Source: Chiloscyllium plagiosum
Lineage: Eukaryota
DNA: 39,487 nt
Reading direction: 5' to 3'
Assembly (NCBI RefSeq): GCF_004010195.1
Contig: NC_057718.1
Coordinates: 23,298,349-23,337,835, forward strand
Part shown: one piece after another, positions 12,400 to 24,549 of the stretch
Position numbering within the stretch: the stretch's first letter is position 1
Layout of the letters: every line of letters starts with the position of its first letter
Notes under the pieces: model-generated
The model's input: the letters and a program-made list of their open reading frames with translations, nothing else
What the model was told of the DNA's origin: nothing
Databases searched by the model: none
Translations under genes and position numbers: made by a program

Positions 12400-14440
12400 C
12401 TGACGAAGGAACACAAATCAATGCTTCATGAGCAAATCTCTCTGCGGAGATACACTCCCAACTCCCCAAGGTATGGCAAGAGAAAGTCAAAAAGATGAGG
12501 CAATGTTACAGATCCTTTTTATCCTTCAGGGTCAGCAGTTATTAAAGATCCTCAATCTTCTTTTCAATAGGTCAGATTCCATGGGCAGTGCAAATGGACA
12601 CAAAAATATTTATCAAGTTAACATTAAATAGCAGTCCATGACATTACACTGCTGCCCTCAGTTTGTGAAAGTTATGGTCATACTCTGCCTTTGTCTGACT
12701 TGTTGTTCACAGCTCGGTATATTTTCAATAACTCTATCTATATGCTGCTAGAACACGTCTTGGCTTCCAAATGCTCAAATAACAACCATCAGAAACAGTA
12801 CCACCCAAATGGCTTCCTAAATGTCATGAGCTGTCCGGATTCTTCTGCCAGTTAGACATACCTCACCAGTAGCTATACCTCAAACTTAGTTTTGAAAAGA
12901 ATCCTGTCCCAGAAAAGCTTAATTCTTATAGCTTTGATTTTTTTTTATGTGGACACTTTGGAAGAGACCAGTTGAGGTCCCTTGCATGTAAACATGCTGT
13001 AACAAGGCCACCCTTCCTTCTAGCACATGTAATGGAGCTGCACTAACCTCTATGCTGGTTGACCTCCTGACTGATACCATTTCATTCTTGCTTATCGAGT
13101 TCCTCTCAAAGCTTCTAATTAATGTTCACACTGCACCTTCTTGGAGGATTAATAAATAGTCTTGCATGGACCTTGAGATGATCCTTATTTCATGATTCCT
13201 ACACCTGCCAATTATGTCAAGTAGTCTGGGTACAACTGTTTGAGATTGTAGCTAAGCTGAGATCTATGCATATGGATAGTCCCGCTACCACTGGATGATT
13301 GGTGTCCACAAGGTAGAGGATTTGGGGAATCCAAGATGCATTTGTATATTGATCTGTGCTGTTATTGTGCCACTGTATGAAATTTGTACTCCATTATACA
13401 CAATAAGTCAGTCCCTCCTAGGTGATATCACGGAGCACCGCTTGTTGGGGTACATGCCTTTTAGAATGAGTAGTGAAAATATAGCTAGCTTCTGTGTCAA
13501 TTTTGGCTTTGAGTATTTATTGATCTGCCTTTGGAGATATAAGATGTTAAAAGTTATAAAAGCTTCTGATTGCCTACTTAGTCAACATGGTGTGTGAGGT
13601 TGACAATATGAAAAGCTTGGTCATCTCCTGAGGTTTACTTTTCACTTTATGTTGACATTTTCCGTTTATATTTTTATGCTTTTGTATGTTTTGAAGACTG
13701 TCCTTACTGCTAGTGCCATGGTACTTACATCTTGCTCTGGCATCTGGCTTGGCATTTGAAAGCAGGATCTTTGCACATGCATGTGCAATATCTCTTGATG
13801 CTTAATATTTTCAGCTGGGAAGGAACACCGGACAGTTTCTGGGTAGGCGTGAAAAATTGCATTTCGGACAGATCTTGCTAGTTTGGTGCACTTTGCTGAC
13901 CATAGTAAACTGTGAACTGCACATAAAATATGTCATTGATTTTGGACTGTCAATATGCTGACATCCATCTCCCAGCAAGGTGTTAATGCCCCTTTTCCTC
14001 ACTCAGATTATCTTTCCTGATGGCTTTGATCGGTGTTCAGGCAATTACCCAGACAACTCTCTGCGAATTCTTCTTCAGAAGAATCATAGGCATTTCCCTT
14101 TTGCTGATTCATCTTATTAGAAAGTCATCAATAGACTCTTGGAGTCTTTGTATGACATAAATTGTAGGCTGTTAATCCAAATGTTGATTTATACCTTGAA
14201 TTGATCTTGAAGTATTTACCAGACCTTCCCTGGATCTTCATTGTCATCCTCAGAAAGATGGGATGCATTTATACTAAAAAGCTGTCCTTTTTGATATTCA
14301 TAAGATTTTTAGAAATCTCCTCTCAAAATCATGTATTGCTGAACTGTGCAGTAAATGTGATTTGATTAGCTGCCATTCAGTGCAGATATGATTTGCTGTC
14401 CAATCTATAATAAACATTTGTCTTTCACTTCCTGTTCAAG
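12400..14440 (-). mobile_element. Decayed Ty3/Gypsy LTR retrotransposon internal region (gag, protease, RT)
   Basis: Minus-strand motifs in the correct order across stops and frameshifts: gag INASHLSEDDNEDPGKVW (14219-14272), QESIDDF (14121-14141), knuckle-like CPKCNFSRLPRNCPVF (13823-13870); protease LKAKIDTEAS (13484-13513) and LYLVDTNHPVVAGLSICIDL (13259-13318); RT NPPRRCSV (13127-13150), CLHARDLN (about 12971-12994), FFSKL (about 12887-12901), LMTFRKPFGWYCF (12792-12830). Confidence 0.85.
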
Positions 14441-15043
14441 GTATCTTCCTTATTGAAATTATGTGCAGGACTTATTTGTTCCTTTTACTTGGCTTCCAAA
14501 TACCTTAACATTAAGTAATAAATGCCTGTAATAGCAGCTTTCAGCCACTAAATGGCGTTTGCTCCAAATAAGGAGTGGTGATACCACTTGGTGTTGAATT
14601 GAAGATACAAAATGGGGGATCCAACTGACCCCTGCACAAAGGTAAGCTTCTTCAGTACTTAAAATCACCTTTTAGTGCCTAAAAATGTTGGGGAATGAGG
14701 TTTGAACAGGAGGGTCTATGTTTAAGTTAAATCTTGCCCTTCATTGTCATTTTTACTTAGAAATCTGTAAGAAGCAATCTGATACTTATTTTTATTTAAG
14801 AGTAGCAGACTTTCTGGCCGGATTACAAACTTGAAGCAGAAAACAGAAAAAAGCCTTCTGGATATTTAATTTGCAGGCCTGTGCTCCAGTAAACCTCGCA
14901 GTTAGGCTTTCACATACTGTATAATCATCAGTGAAGATTCCAAGCATCTACAAACAAGATATTGGAAATTTTTTTATAAGCAATTGCTGCTGCTTACCAC
15001 TGAGCTATCACCATAATCAGAACTTCACTCATAATTTTGTATA

Positions 15044-15133
15044 GACGAAGGGCTTATGCCTGAAACATCGATTCTCCTACTCCTTGGATGCTGCCTGACT
15101 GGCTGTGCTTTTCCAGTGCCACATTCTTCGACT
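15044..15133 (+). mobile_element. Single PLE terminal-repeat fragment with a degenerate hammerhead (family of 26795)
   Basis: GACGA-A-GGGC-ttat-GCCT-GAAACATC-gattctcctactccttggatgctgcctgac matches the reverse complement of 26835-26917. Confidence 0.8.
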
Positions 15134-15537
15134 GCCATAACATAAAGACTAGATAGAATGGGAAGATTCAGAATATTTTTATTACAGCTCCTAGTAACTA
15201 CATATACCATAATCATAAGCACTGCCATGTCTGTTCTAGCACTGACCTATTAGTTTACAAACTAGTGACATACGAAGGTGGAGACTGAGACCTTTATATC
15301 ATCTGTTCATATGTCGTGGCAAAATCATGACCATGTTTATTAAGGGTTTGTTGCATGCTATCTGTGAAACATCGCACAACACATCAGACCTTCTTTCCAT
15401 GAAAGCTTATGGGACGATAGTTCAAATTTTTAGGAGACTCCTTTCCTCGTTTTTTTTATTTCTTTTATCTGGTTTGAAATTAAAAATTCTTGCAATAGCT
15501 TAGTAAAAAGTCAAGGTTCACATCCTCAGCTGTGGAA

Positions 15538-15620
15538 TTGAATTGAATTGAATTGAATTTATTGTCATGTGTACTGAGGCTCAGTGAAAAGCTTTGTCTT
15601 ATGAGCAATGCAGGCAGATC
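15538..15620 (-). mobile_element. REX1/Babar-like 3' terminus with (TTCAA)n tail
   Basis: (ttgaa)4 followed by tttattgtcatgtgtactgaggctcagtgaaaag, as at 3559 and 25575. Confidence 0.6.
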
Positions 15621-15867
15621 CTTTCAGACAGCAAAGTAAGCAAGTTAATTGGGACAGCTAAAACTCACAGGTGATAAAAGATTAGCTGCATAAACTGATT
15701 ATAATTCAGTCAACATGTTACTGGGAGGCTCATTAAGTTCTGTGACGATATTATGTTGCATTATGAGGTTATGTGCCTACAAGTATGAATGAGAGATAGG
15801 AGAGCCTGAAGGCGGATTTATAATCCAAGTATTGTAAGAAGTATTATCAACTTAAATTCATGAAATT

Positions 15868-16124
15868 TGTTGTGTAAGTGTACAAGAGTCTGAAAGGGTT
15901 AATGCTGAGGAATGCATCCACTCCTCACAATTTGATGTCACATGGACTCAGACAAGGGAAAAGCTTTGACTTTCAAAGGAGTAAGACATAACAGCAAGCC
16001 TCCCTATAGTCTCAGTACCAATGTCTATCTTACCAATGTAAATTGATTGCTATCAAACAATAAATTACATTTTCTTTCAGACAAAAGCCTCTTCATATTA
16101 GACAATCAGGTCGGTTTCCTCTAC
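15868..16124 (+). mobile_element. Solo-LTR-like sequence
   Basis: Starts TGTTGTGTAAG..AAAGGGTTAATGC, similar to the minus-strand start of 34015-34366. AATAAA at 16059-16064. The right boundary is uncertain. Confidence 0.4.
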
Positions 16125-16837
16125 TTGACTATACCAAGCAGATCCCACAGATCCATTCCAATTGTAGAAGCAAATTTACCAGATGGGCCATTTTACAATA
16201 GTGCCGTTGCTGGGAGGACTTAGGAAGCCATAATCAGTTTGTATCAAAAGAAATATATTATGATAGCTCTTTGCACACCATTCCTAAAAGCACACGCTCC
16301 CTTTTGCAGTCAGACACATCCATAAAGGGTTGGTTAATCCTATTCACAAATGTTACTAGCTGGTTTTCTGGTGACCTAAGGGCAACATGGATGTGAACAT
16401 TTATGCCCTGGCCACAAAGCAGCTAATCATGCTGCATTTCCCAAGTTCTCTTCTGTTGACTATTGAGCTTCAATGGAAAAAGGTATATTGCACAGGCAAG
16501 CAAAGAGTCTGTGAGCTGCTGAAGATAACTCTGGATTGCAAACTGGGAAGTGAGGCTGGTGTTTGCTGTAGCAAACTGAGAGAGGCTGGGGATGATTCCT
16601 GATTAATCCACTAATACGTGGAACTGAAAACATGAAATATGGGGTGGATATTCATCTTTATCACCTAACTACAGTGTAGGTACAAAATCCGGAAGACAAG
16701 ATCAAACGCATATATCTGACTTTTGTTATATTTGAACTCACAAAGAATTCAGATGGATTCAGGTCCAGTTTTACCAAGGTTAATGCTTTAATTTTAGGTG
16801 ACAAAGACAAAAATGTATTGATGTAGAAAAATAGCAC

Positions 16838-16975
16838 CATAGAAAATAGGAGCAGGAATAAGCCATCCGACCCTTCGAGCCTACCTGCTATTCATTATGA
16901 TCATGACTGATCATCAGTTCTTTACACTGTTCCCACTGTTTTCCCTGTATCTTTTGATCCCTTTAGCCCCAAGTG
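16838..16975 (-). mobile_element. CR1 LINE 3' UTR fragment
   Basis: catagaaaataggagcagga..gcca..cccttcgagcct..attcattatgatcatgactgatc; related to 31672-31775. Confidence 0.65.
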
Positions 16976-17689
16976 CCACTTAAATTGGCTTGACAAACTG
17001 GCAGCCATCTTAGTCACAATAGGTCAGTTCCGTTTTGTGTAAATAATATCCAATAAAATGTCTCAAAGTTCGTACAATCAATCAACTTTCAAAAGGCTCT
17101 GGATGGATTGGAGTGAATGATGGAGAGTGGTGATAGATTTGTGGCTCGAAAGTTCGGAACACAACGAGACTTTGGAGAAAAGAAAGCTGAGAAAGATCAC
17201 GATCGAGATCTTTCTAAGGAAGAGAGGCAGGAATGATGGAAATGGAAGCATGTTATTTACAAATCAGTCTGCTATCATGGGCAGATTTAAAATCAAGGAG
17301 CTTCAAATGAAATCATCTGTTGGAAGATCTTCTTTCTTTCCCCACAGAAATTGATAGATAGATTGGACTTAAAGGAAAAATAATGGAAACTATGTTGATT
17401 AAATCTTGGAAAAATATGTTTAGCAAAATTACAGATTACTTTCATTTCCATCTGGCAAACATTATGACAATAGATAAGCAACTGGAAACAGACAGTGCTT
17501 GAACTATGCAGCTGGGTGGTCAGGCTAAAAACAAAATGTATCTCATTAGTTGTTTTTTGTAGAATTGTTGATATATGAACATGTGAATGAGGACACTGAG
17601 TCTCTGGAATGTGCTTCGCTATTCAATATGAGCAGGGCGAATTAGCATCCACATTTGTGTCCAACACTACAATCCTTGACTCCTTTGTC

Positions 17690-18012
17690 ATTTAAAAATC
17701 TGCCTTACTCAATCTCAAACACCTTCAATGATCCAGCTTTTGCAGAAGAGAGCTATTCAGACTCAAGACATAGAGAGAGAACAAAAATCAACTCATCTCC
17801 ATCTTAAATGTGAATCCCTAATTTTTAAACTGCGTCTTCCACATCCAGACTCCCCCACGAGAAGAATCTTTCTCTCACCTTCTACCTTGTCAATTCCCTT
17901 CAGGATCCTATCAATGCTCACCTTTCTAAATTCCAATGAGTATAAGCCCAACCAGCTTATCCTTTCCTCATAAGACAACTCCTTCATCTCAGTAATCAGT
18001 TCAGTGAACCTT
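17690..18012 (-). mobile_element. CR1 LINE 3' fragment
   Basis: ORF 17793..17987 reads MKELSYEERISWLGLYSLEFRK...ILKGIDKV. Confidence 0.8.
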
Positions 18013-18419
18013 TTATGAAATATTTCTGTTTATGGACAAGTTGAGGGTTTCAAAATAAATGTGTCTCCCAATTCTCATCAGCTGTCCATATGCAGACTGC
18101 AATATTTTTCTTCTTTTCTAAGCAGTGGGACACATTTCCCTCATTCCCTCAATTTGTGACTTTGTAAAGACCAAAACACCAGTGTGATGAAGTTAAACCC
18201 ATTGTAGGGTTTATTTCACACATTCTTAGATGGGGGAGAATGCTTTGCAATGCAAGCACTCACAGAGAGATAGAACTGGAAAGAATAATGCAATTATTCA
18301 GTTAAGAAAAACTGAAATACAAAGCAACCAAAAGGCACCAGTTTGACAATGTAAGTCCTGTAAGATAGAATTCAAAAATCTGAAGTTGGAGTTAGCCATC
18401 TGGAATTCCTTTCCTGGAT

Positions 18420-18639
18420 GTACAAAATTAAAAATCACACAACACCAGGTTATAGTCCAACAGGTTTAATTGGAAGCACTAGCTTTCATAGCACTGCTGC
18501 TTCATCAAGTGGTTGTGTCACAGGCCAGGAGCAGTGCTCCGAAAGCTAGTGCTTCCAATTAAACCTGTTGGACTATAACCTGGTGTTGTGTGATTTTTAA
18601 CTTTGTACACCTAAGTCCAACACAGGCACCTCCAAATCA
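18420..18639. mobile_element. PLE-derived hairpin element with a hammerhead motif in each arm
   Basis: Arms 18420-18501 and 18527-18608 are near-perfect reverse complements. Right arm GGAGC-agt-GCTCC-GAAAGCTA-gtg; left arm (minus) cac-TTGATGA-A..GAAAGCTA-gtg. Tail 18609-18639. TSD-like tttcctggatgta (18410-18422) / ttttctggacata (18640-18652). Confidence 0.85.
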
Positions 18640-19208
18640 TTTTCTGGACATAGTTGTTTAATCAGTTTGCATTTGAAGAGTTATAGGCAGCTTCTTCTGT
18701 TTAAAAGAAAACTCTTTGAAAGTCTTCAGTGGAAATTTTACAGAAATGTAACGGTTACTTCACTGCTTGATGGAAAAAAGCCTTACTTTCACAGAGTATA
18801 AAAAACAAAGTTTTTTTTATTGATCAAAGGCTTTTCCTTTAAGGCTGGAGTTAATGATGTTGATATTGATCAGACTTGTGGACTGTGCTGACCCCTAAAC
18901 TATTGATATTTCAGAATTGTATGGCAAGGAAAGACAGTCAGTACTGTGGGAGTCATGTTAACAAACTCCTGGAAAGGGTGTAGCAGTTACCATGAAGGCA
19001 AAGACTTGATGTCTGTGGCTCATTCCAGTGGTTAAGTGGAAAATCATTATCACATCTTCTTATAAGATAGATGTAACTCACGATTCCAGTTTGTGGGTTT
19101 ATTTCCTTGGAGTCAATTGTCCCTGTCATAGTTTCTAACATAACAGCTAGCTTTCTAGACCCATCAGGGAATACTTGGGCATTGGTTGCTTTGTTTACAT
19201 TGACTTCT

Positions 19209-19516
19209 TAGATTAGATTACAGTGCAGAAACAGGCCCTTTGGCCCAACAAGTCCACACCGACCCGCCGAAGCGAAACCCACCCATACCCCTACATTTAC
19301 CCCTTACCTAACACTATGGGCAATTTAGTATGGCCAATTCACCTGACCTGCACATCTTTTGGATGGTGGGAGGAAACCGGAGCACCCGGAGGAAACCCAC
19401 GCAGACACGGAGAGAATGTGCAAACTCCACACAGTCAGTCGCCTGAGGCGGGAATTGAACCCGGGTCTCTGGCGCTGTGAGGCAGCAGTGCTAACCACTG
19501 TGCCACCGTGCCGCCC
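19209..19516 (-). mobile_element. HE1-type V-SINE, full length
   Basis: Near-identical reverse complement of 8655-8973, flanked by ACTTCT at 19203-19208 and 19517-19522. Confidence 0.95.
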
Positions 19517-19529
19517 ACTTCTGAGACAT

Positions 19530-20112
19530 TTTTCTTGGAGAGAAGACAGTTGAAAGGTGATTTGACATAGATTTTCAAAATCATGAGCGGCTGGATAGAG
19601 TAGATAGAGAGAAGTTACTCTCATTCACAAAAGGAAAAAGAGCAAAACAGTGTGGATTTAAAATGATGGGCAAGCAAAGCTATTGTGATGTGAGAAAAAA
19701 ATGTCACAAAATGAGTGGTTAGGTTATGGTAACTGCTTGGTAATGTTAAAAATCACACAACACCCAGGTTAGAGCCCAACAGGTTTATTTGGAAGCATTA
19801 GCTTTTGGAGCGCTGCTTCTTCATCAGGTAGAAAGGAGTGGTGCTCTGAAAGTAGTGCTTCCAATTAAACCTGTTGGACTATAACCTGGTGTTGTGTGAT
19901 TTTTAACTTTGTACACCCCAGTCTAACACCAGCATCTCCAAAGCTTGGTAATGTGATGGAGCCAAGTTCAGCTGAGGTATTCAAAAGGGTATTGGCTGAT
20001 TATCTGGAGAGAAATGGAATGCAGGGATATGGAAAAAGGCAGAAGATTGACAATGGGGAATAGAACCAATGCAGGCACGATAAGCTGAATGGGAATAGCA
20101 ATTCTGTGATCC
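19530..20112 (+). mobile_element. Old CR1-type LINE 3' fragment, interrupted by the 19745-19942 element
   Basis: ttttcttggagagaagacagttgaaaggtgatttgacatagattttcaaaatcatg (FSLE.R.L.GDL..IFKIM-like); resumes after 19954. Confidence 0.65.
19745..19942. mobile_element. PLE-derived hairpin element (same family as 18420) with a perfect 12-bp TSD
   Basis: Arms 19745-19821 and 19833-19907. Minus-strand CTGATGA at 19821-19827. Tail 19908-19942. TSD GCTTGGTAATGT at 19735-19746 and 19943-19954. Confidence 0.9.
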
Positions 20113-23100
20113 TACAAGTCTGTGATTCTGTTTCCGGAAGGTTATTGCTAGGTCCAATCACGTTGACTTATAGCTGCCAATGTTGGGCTTTTCAATGCAT
20201 TTTTAAAAGAGTCACTATATATATATAGATGTGGATATGTCTTAAAATGGGGTTTTACTCCCTTCTTGACAATTCTGATACAATTATATCATTTCTTATG
20301 TAAAGAATAATGACTCAAAACTACAACTAACATCTTCTGATTCTGGAATAACTATTGCACATCTATTATTTTCATTTTGTTTATCTTATTTCCACTTATC
20401 ATCATGCCTGCTTTTATCCATGACCTCAGTTTTAGTCGAGTGGTGGGAACGAGCTTAGCTGTCAGCCTGCAAATTTGGGGTCAGAAAATGTGTTCACCTC
20501 AAATTGAATTTAACTGAAGCACCCGATTATCATTTTTGGAATCTATTTCTTGCCCAACAGCCAGCTAATCTTGAGCAGCTATTAGGCAGGTAGCACCATG
20601 GGGAGTAGGAGGTGGGCAAGGTGGAACTGGGTACTGGGGGGCGCGAGCTCAGGGAGTGTGCGCACACTTTGACAGGCCAGAGAGAGCACGTTGTAAAGAG
20701 ACACTAAAATCTGGTGTTGCTTTGCCACATTGCAATCCCATTTGAGTAGGTTCTAACTCTAATACACCTACAGGAGTTAAGTTTTGATTCTTGCAGAGCT
20801 CCTTACAGTAATGGAACTAGAAGGCTTTGATGCAGATCACCTCTCTGCTTACACACTGTGCTTGGTCTGGAAATGCAGGACGGGGTTAAAAGAAACCACT
20901 GACACGTATTAAATCTAAACTTCTGACCTTGGCATTCTCTTGATCACCATCCTGCTACCCCATGAGAAACTGTTCTGAAAGTTAAAATGCAGTTTATTTA
21001 ATTGGAAGAGAACAGAAAAAAAAGCAAGGTGCAATTAAACATGTTACTCATGAATCCCACGTTCCCAAATGGTACTGAAACATTGAGGAACGAAAGCCTC
21101 TAACCTCATTGGCTGTTTGTTAAGCAGAATTTCCTCCAAGTGTGCAACAGGGGAAAACTTATTTAACATAGAAAGGGCACCATTGTGAGAAGGTTTGTCC
21201 ACAGTGGTAATTCTAAAATATAATCATTGGACTCAGGTGTAGATATCAGTCTGGGTGTTTAATTGAACTGGAGGTCTGTAATAAAGCCTTGTGACTCATC
21301 TATCTCTTCCAAACCCCTGCTGACATTTCTTCCACAGATGAAAGGGTTTCAAGCCTCTTAAAAAAAACTTAGGATTAGTCTCAATTGAATGGACTGTACA
21401 TTGTAATTCAGAACACAGCTAAAGGAGTGCCAAGGTCACTGGAAAAACAGCACCAAATCTTGATGAAATCACCTTTCAGACATTTCCATTAGATGAATTT
21501 TAAACAGTAAAGTCCATTCATGAAAATATTACTGACAATTTATTGGAAATATTCAGTCAATGTGGAAGTGATGCCAACAAATCAATTGATGGGATTCATC
21601 TCAAGGACAGTCAACTGTAATTTAGAAAAGTATATTTTAAGCTGCATAACTCATTGGCAAAGCTATATTTAGAAAAGCATATGTGATTTATCTGAAGTGT
21701 CTTGTTGCCTTGCAAGAGAGGGCTGGTGAGGATGATCCCAGGGTTTCAAGTGCAAAACTCAAAAAATAGACAATATCTGGATTTACTTTAATTCTGTAAA
21801 AGAATTCAAGAAGATACAGTGGCATATACTCAGGGATTTGTGATGCTGAAATGTTGATAATTTAAATATGATCGGGTTATCTTGTCTAGTTTAACTTCAG
21901 AACTAAACGTCACAAGAACATAGGTAAAACGGCTCAAAAAAGACAGGTCATTAAATAAATACAGGGATTAGCTATAAATCAAAAGAATTTGATGTGCTCA
22001 TTATCTTAAGAAAATGATTCAAGGTCATAAGGATGAGTATAGATTCAGATGGTGAACCTTGCATTCTACTCTCCTGGGGGATGCTGCACTTCGCTGAGTT
22101 TGGATAAGTTGAATATGTATAAATGTTGGCTGGATCGTTATTATTAAAATTCCTTCAGATTAATTAGTACAGAATGTTTGCTGATGGTCAACCACTTAAT
22201 CTCTTAAATGGAAATTCAAAGGGATAAACTAATCTCCAGAAGGAATGAAACTTCATCGGAGTAATTTGCCTCAGGTCCTGCTTATTGTTATGGACTTGAT
22301 ATGATTGGTACCTTGTCAAGTTAAGATGCTTTAAATAACCATCCAACACTGAATTACTTTCAATGATTATAATTTTTATATTTGTCAAGTGTTCAATATG
22401 ATAAAATGTGCCAGGGTCAAACATATCAATCAACGTGATAAACCAAAAATTGGAAGTGATGAATAAGCAAAGCAGATTAAGTGGAAGATTTTCAAAGTGA
22501 GTTTGTGAGGTAACATGACAATATGATTCACAAAAGATGTTTTAAAGAACAGCCAGGGAGGCTTGAGGATCAGGCATGGAATTCTAGAAAGTCAGGCGTA
22601 AATGTAGAATTTCAAAACAAAATCATTTTAGACCTAGTTGGAATGATAGCATCCATCTGGCCACAGAGAAATTTGAATTCACTATAAAGGAAGACAGTAG
22701 GGTGACTACTGTGGACAGACTGGATGAGCAAGGACATCTTAATAGCAGTAGGGTGGAAAGAAGGAATTAAGAAGAATTACAGATAGTTGTATTCAACAAG
22801 CCAAGAAGAAGCACACTGAAGTCAGTAGAAAAATGAGTGATTTCCATAATGCACAGCTGATGAGTGATGCCCCTTTTTCTGATTTTTAAACATCTATTCT
22901 CTATAATCTTGAATAATGAAACGTGAGCATGGGTTTCCGTAATGATCAAAATGAGGTTGAAATGTCAGTTGGTGAAATATCTGGTTGATTCACTTCTTAG
23001 CATCAGTTAAACTGCCTGATACTGAGATTGTTGTGGCATTGGGTGTCTTCATGAAGAAGTGAGGTTCAATGTCATCAAAAGTTACCAACCTTCTGACCAG

Positions 23101-23122
23101 AACAGTCTGGGAAAGACTTTTC

Positions 23123-23755
23123 TTTTATTCATTCATGGTCTTTTTTTTTTCTTTATTTCCCCCCAACACTACCATCAAACAGTGGTAGTGTTTATTTTCT
23201 CCAGCACTCATGATGTGTATGTGCAGGTGTAGGACACAGTGAAGAATAACGAGTGCAGAAATCTTTATTCATGTTCCACCACCAGGAAGCAAGGAAACAC
23301 CCGAGTGGCCAGTGACAAGCAGTGCCCTTCCCAAAGGGCAATACTGAGTGATCAAAAATGGTGGATGGGAGAGCAGGAACTTCATCGAAATAGAATCAGA
23401 GGAGGAAATAGAACACTCTACATCCTGTGGTGCCCACCTCTTGCATTCATGGTCTCTGGGTTTCGCTGGTTGGACTGCCATTTATTGCTTATTTCCCACA
23501 GAACAGTCAAGCGCCTATCTAATTACTGTGGGTCAGGAGTCACACCGAGGCCAGATCAAGTTAGGATGCGAATGTTCTTCCCTAAACATTAGATGGATTT
23601 TTTTTCCCTGACAATTGCCTGTGTTTTCATAATCATCACAGGATTCTTAATTCCAGATTTTTATTGAATTTAATTCTACCATCTGCTATGATGGGATTCA
23701 GACTGTGGTCCTCAGAACATTATGTTAATGGTTCATCTCATGACCATAGCACTAG
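23123..23755 (-). mobile_element. DeuSINE/SacSINE1-like SINE, split by the insertion at 23142-23443
   Basis: 3' terminus ttttattcattcatgg, central tgtgggtcaggagtcaca..ggccaga..ttcttccctaaa, tRNA-like head (atgggattcaga..tcctcagaacatta). Family name is from recall. Confidence 0.6.
23142..23443 (-). mobile_element. 5'-truncated poly(A)-tailed LINE end (Tx1/L1-like) with a 12-bp TSD
   Basis: T-run at 23141-23150; TSD CATTCATGGTCT at 23130-23141 and 23444-23455; minus-strand KRWAPQDVECSIS resembles a Tx1-type ORF2 C-terminus; AATAAA signals in the 3' UTR. Confidence 0.7.
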
Positions 23756-24059
23756 GTCATTCTCTCCCCTTACAGATAACACTTGGGTAAATATCCCAAT
23801 TGTCAAAATCATGCTGGTTGAAATTAGCCCTTGCGCACTAACCTCAGGAGGTGAAGGGTTTGGAGGGAGAGTAGCAGCACTTGGAGCGAGACCAACATGC
23901 CCTATAAGGTGTGTGGCTGCACTTGTGTGCAGTCACTCCAATGTTCCACACATGATCATTGGTGTCAGTGCATCAGTCTTGGCTTCGACTTACCAGAAAC
24001 AGGTCTCAGAGGCACAGACAGCCACTAAGAAAGTTAGAGGGAATGCTGGGTGACATTCC

Positions 24060-24367
24060 ATAGAATCCCTACAGTGTGGAAGTAGGCCATTCAGCTCATC
24101 CCAGCCCTATAAAAAGCACACTACCCAGGCCCACCCCATCCCTGAGTTTCCCATGGCTAATGCACCCCACCCTGCACTTTCCCAGACACTGAGTAATTTA
24201 GCATGGTCAACCAACTAGGCTGCACAACTTCGCATGGTGGAAGGAAACCCTCACAGACATGGGAAGAAGTGCAAACTCCATGTGGGTAATCACCTGAGGC
24301 TGGAATCAAACCCAGGTCCCTGGTGCTGTGAGGCAGTAATGCTCACCACTGAGCCACCATGCCACCC
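24060..24367 (-). mobile_element. HE1-type V-SINE, older subfamily
   Basis: Diverged reverse complement with A/B boxes (ccactgagcca; ggaatcaaacc) and a partial V-domain. Confidence 0.85.
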
Positions 24368-24549
24368 CTTCTGAGAGGTTCACTTTTTCTCTTATTGAGT
24401 CCAGAAGAGCACGCTTGCCCCTCTTGTCTCTGAAAGAAGCTTACCTTTCCACATCCTTATGTTTACAGCCGCCATCCTATCCACATGGACATAATCTCAA
24501 CCTTGCATTGTTCTTATACCTCGATTTGATATCCACACTGTTTAAAATT

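Noticed and set aside
20655..20668. Perfect 14-bp palindrome AGTGTGCGCACACT
   Set aside because: About two such palindromes are expected by chance in 39 kb (4^-7 per position).
17080..23060. Purine-rich stretches at about 17080-17330 and 22500-23060 as L2 relics
   Set aside because: Too degenerate for me to read diagnostic motifs; a profile search is needed.
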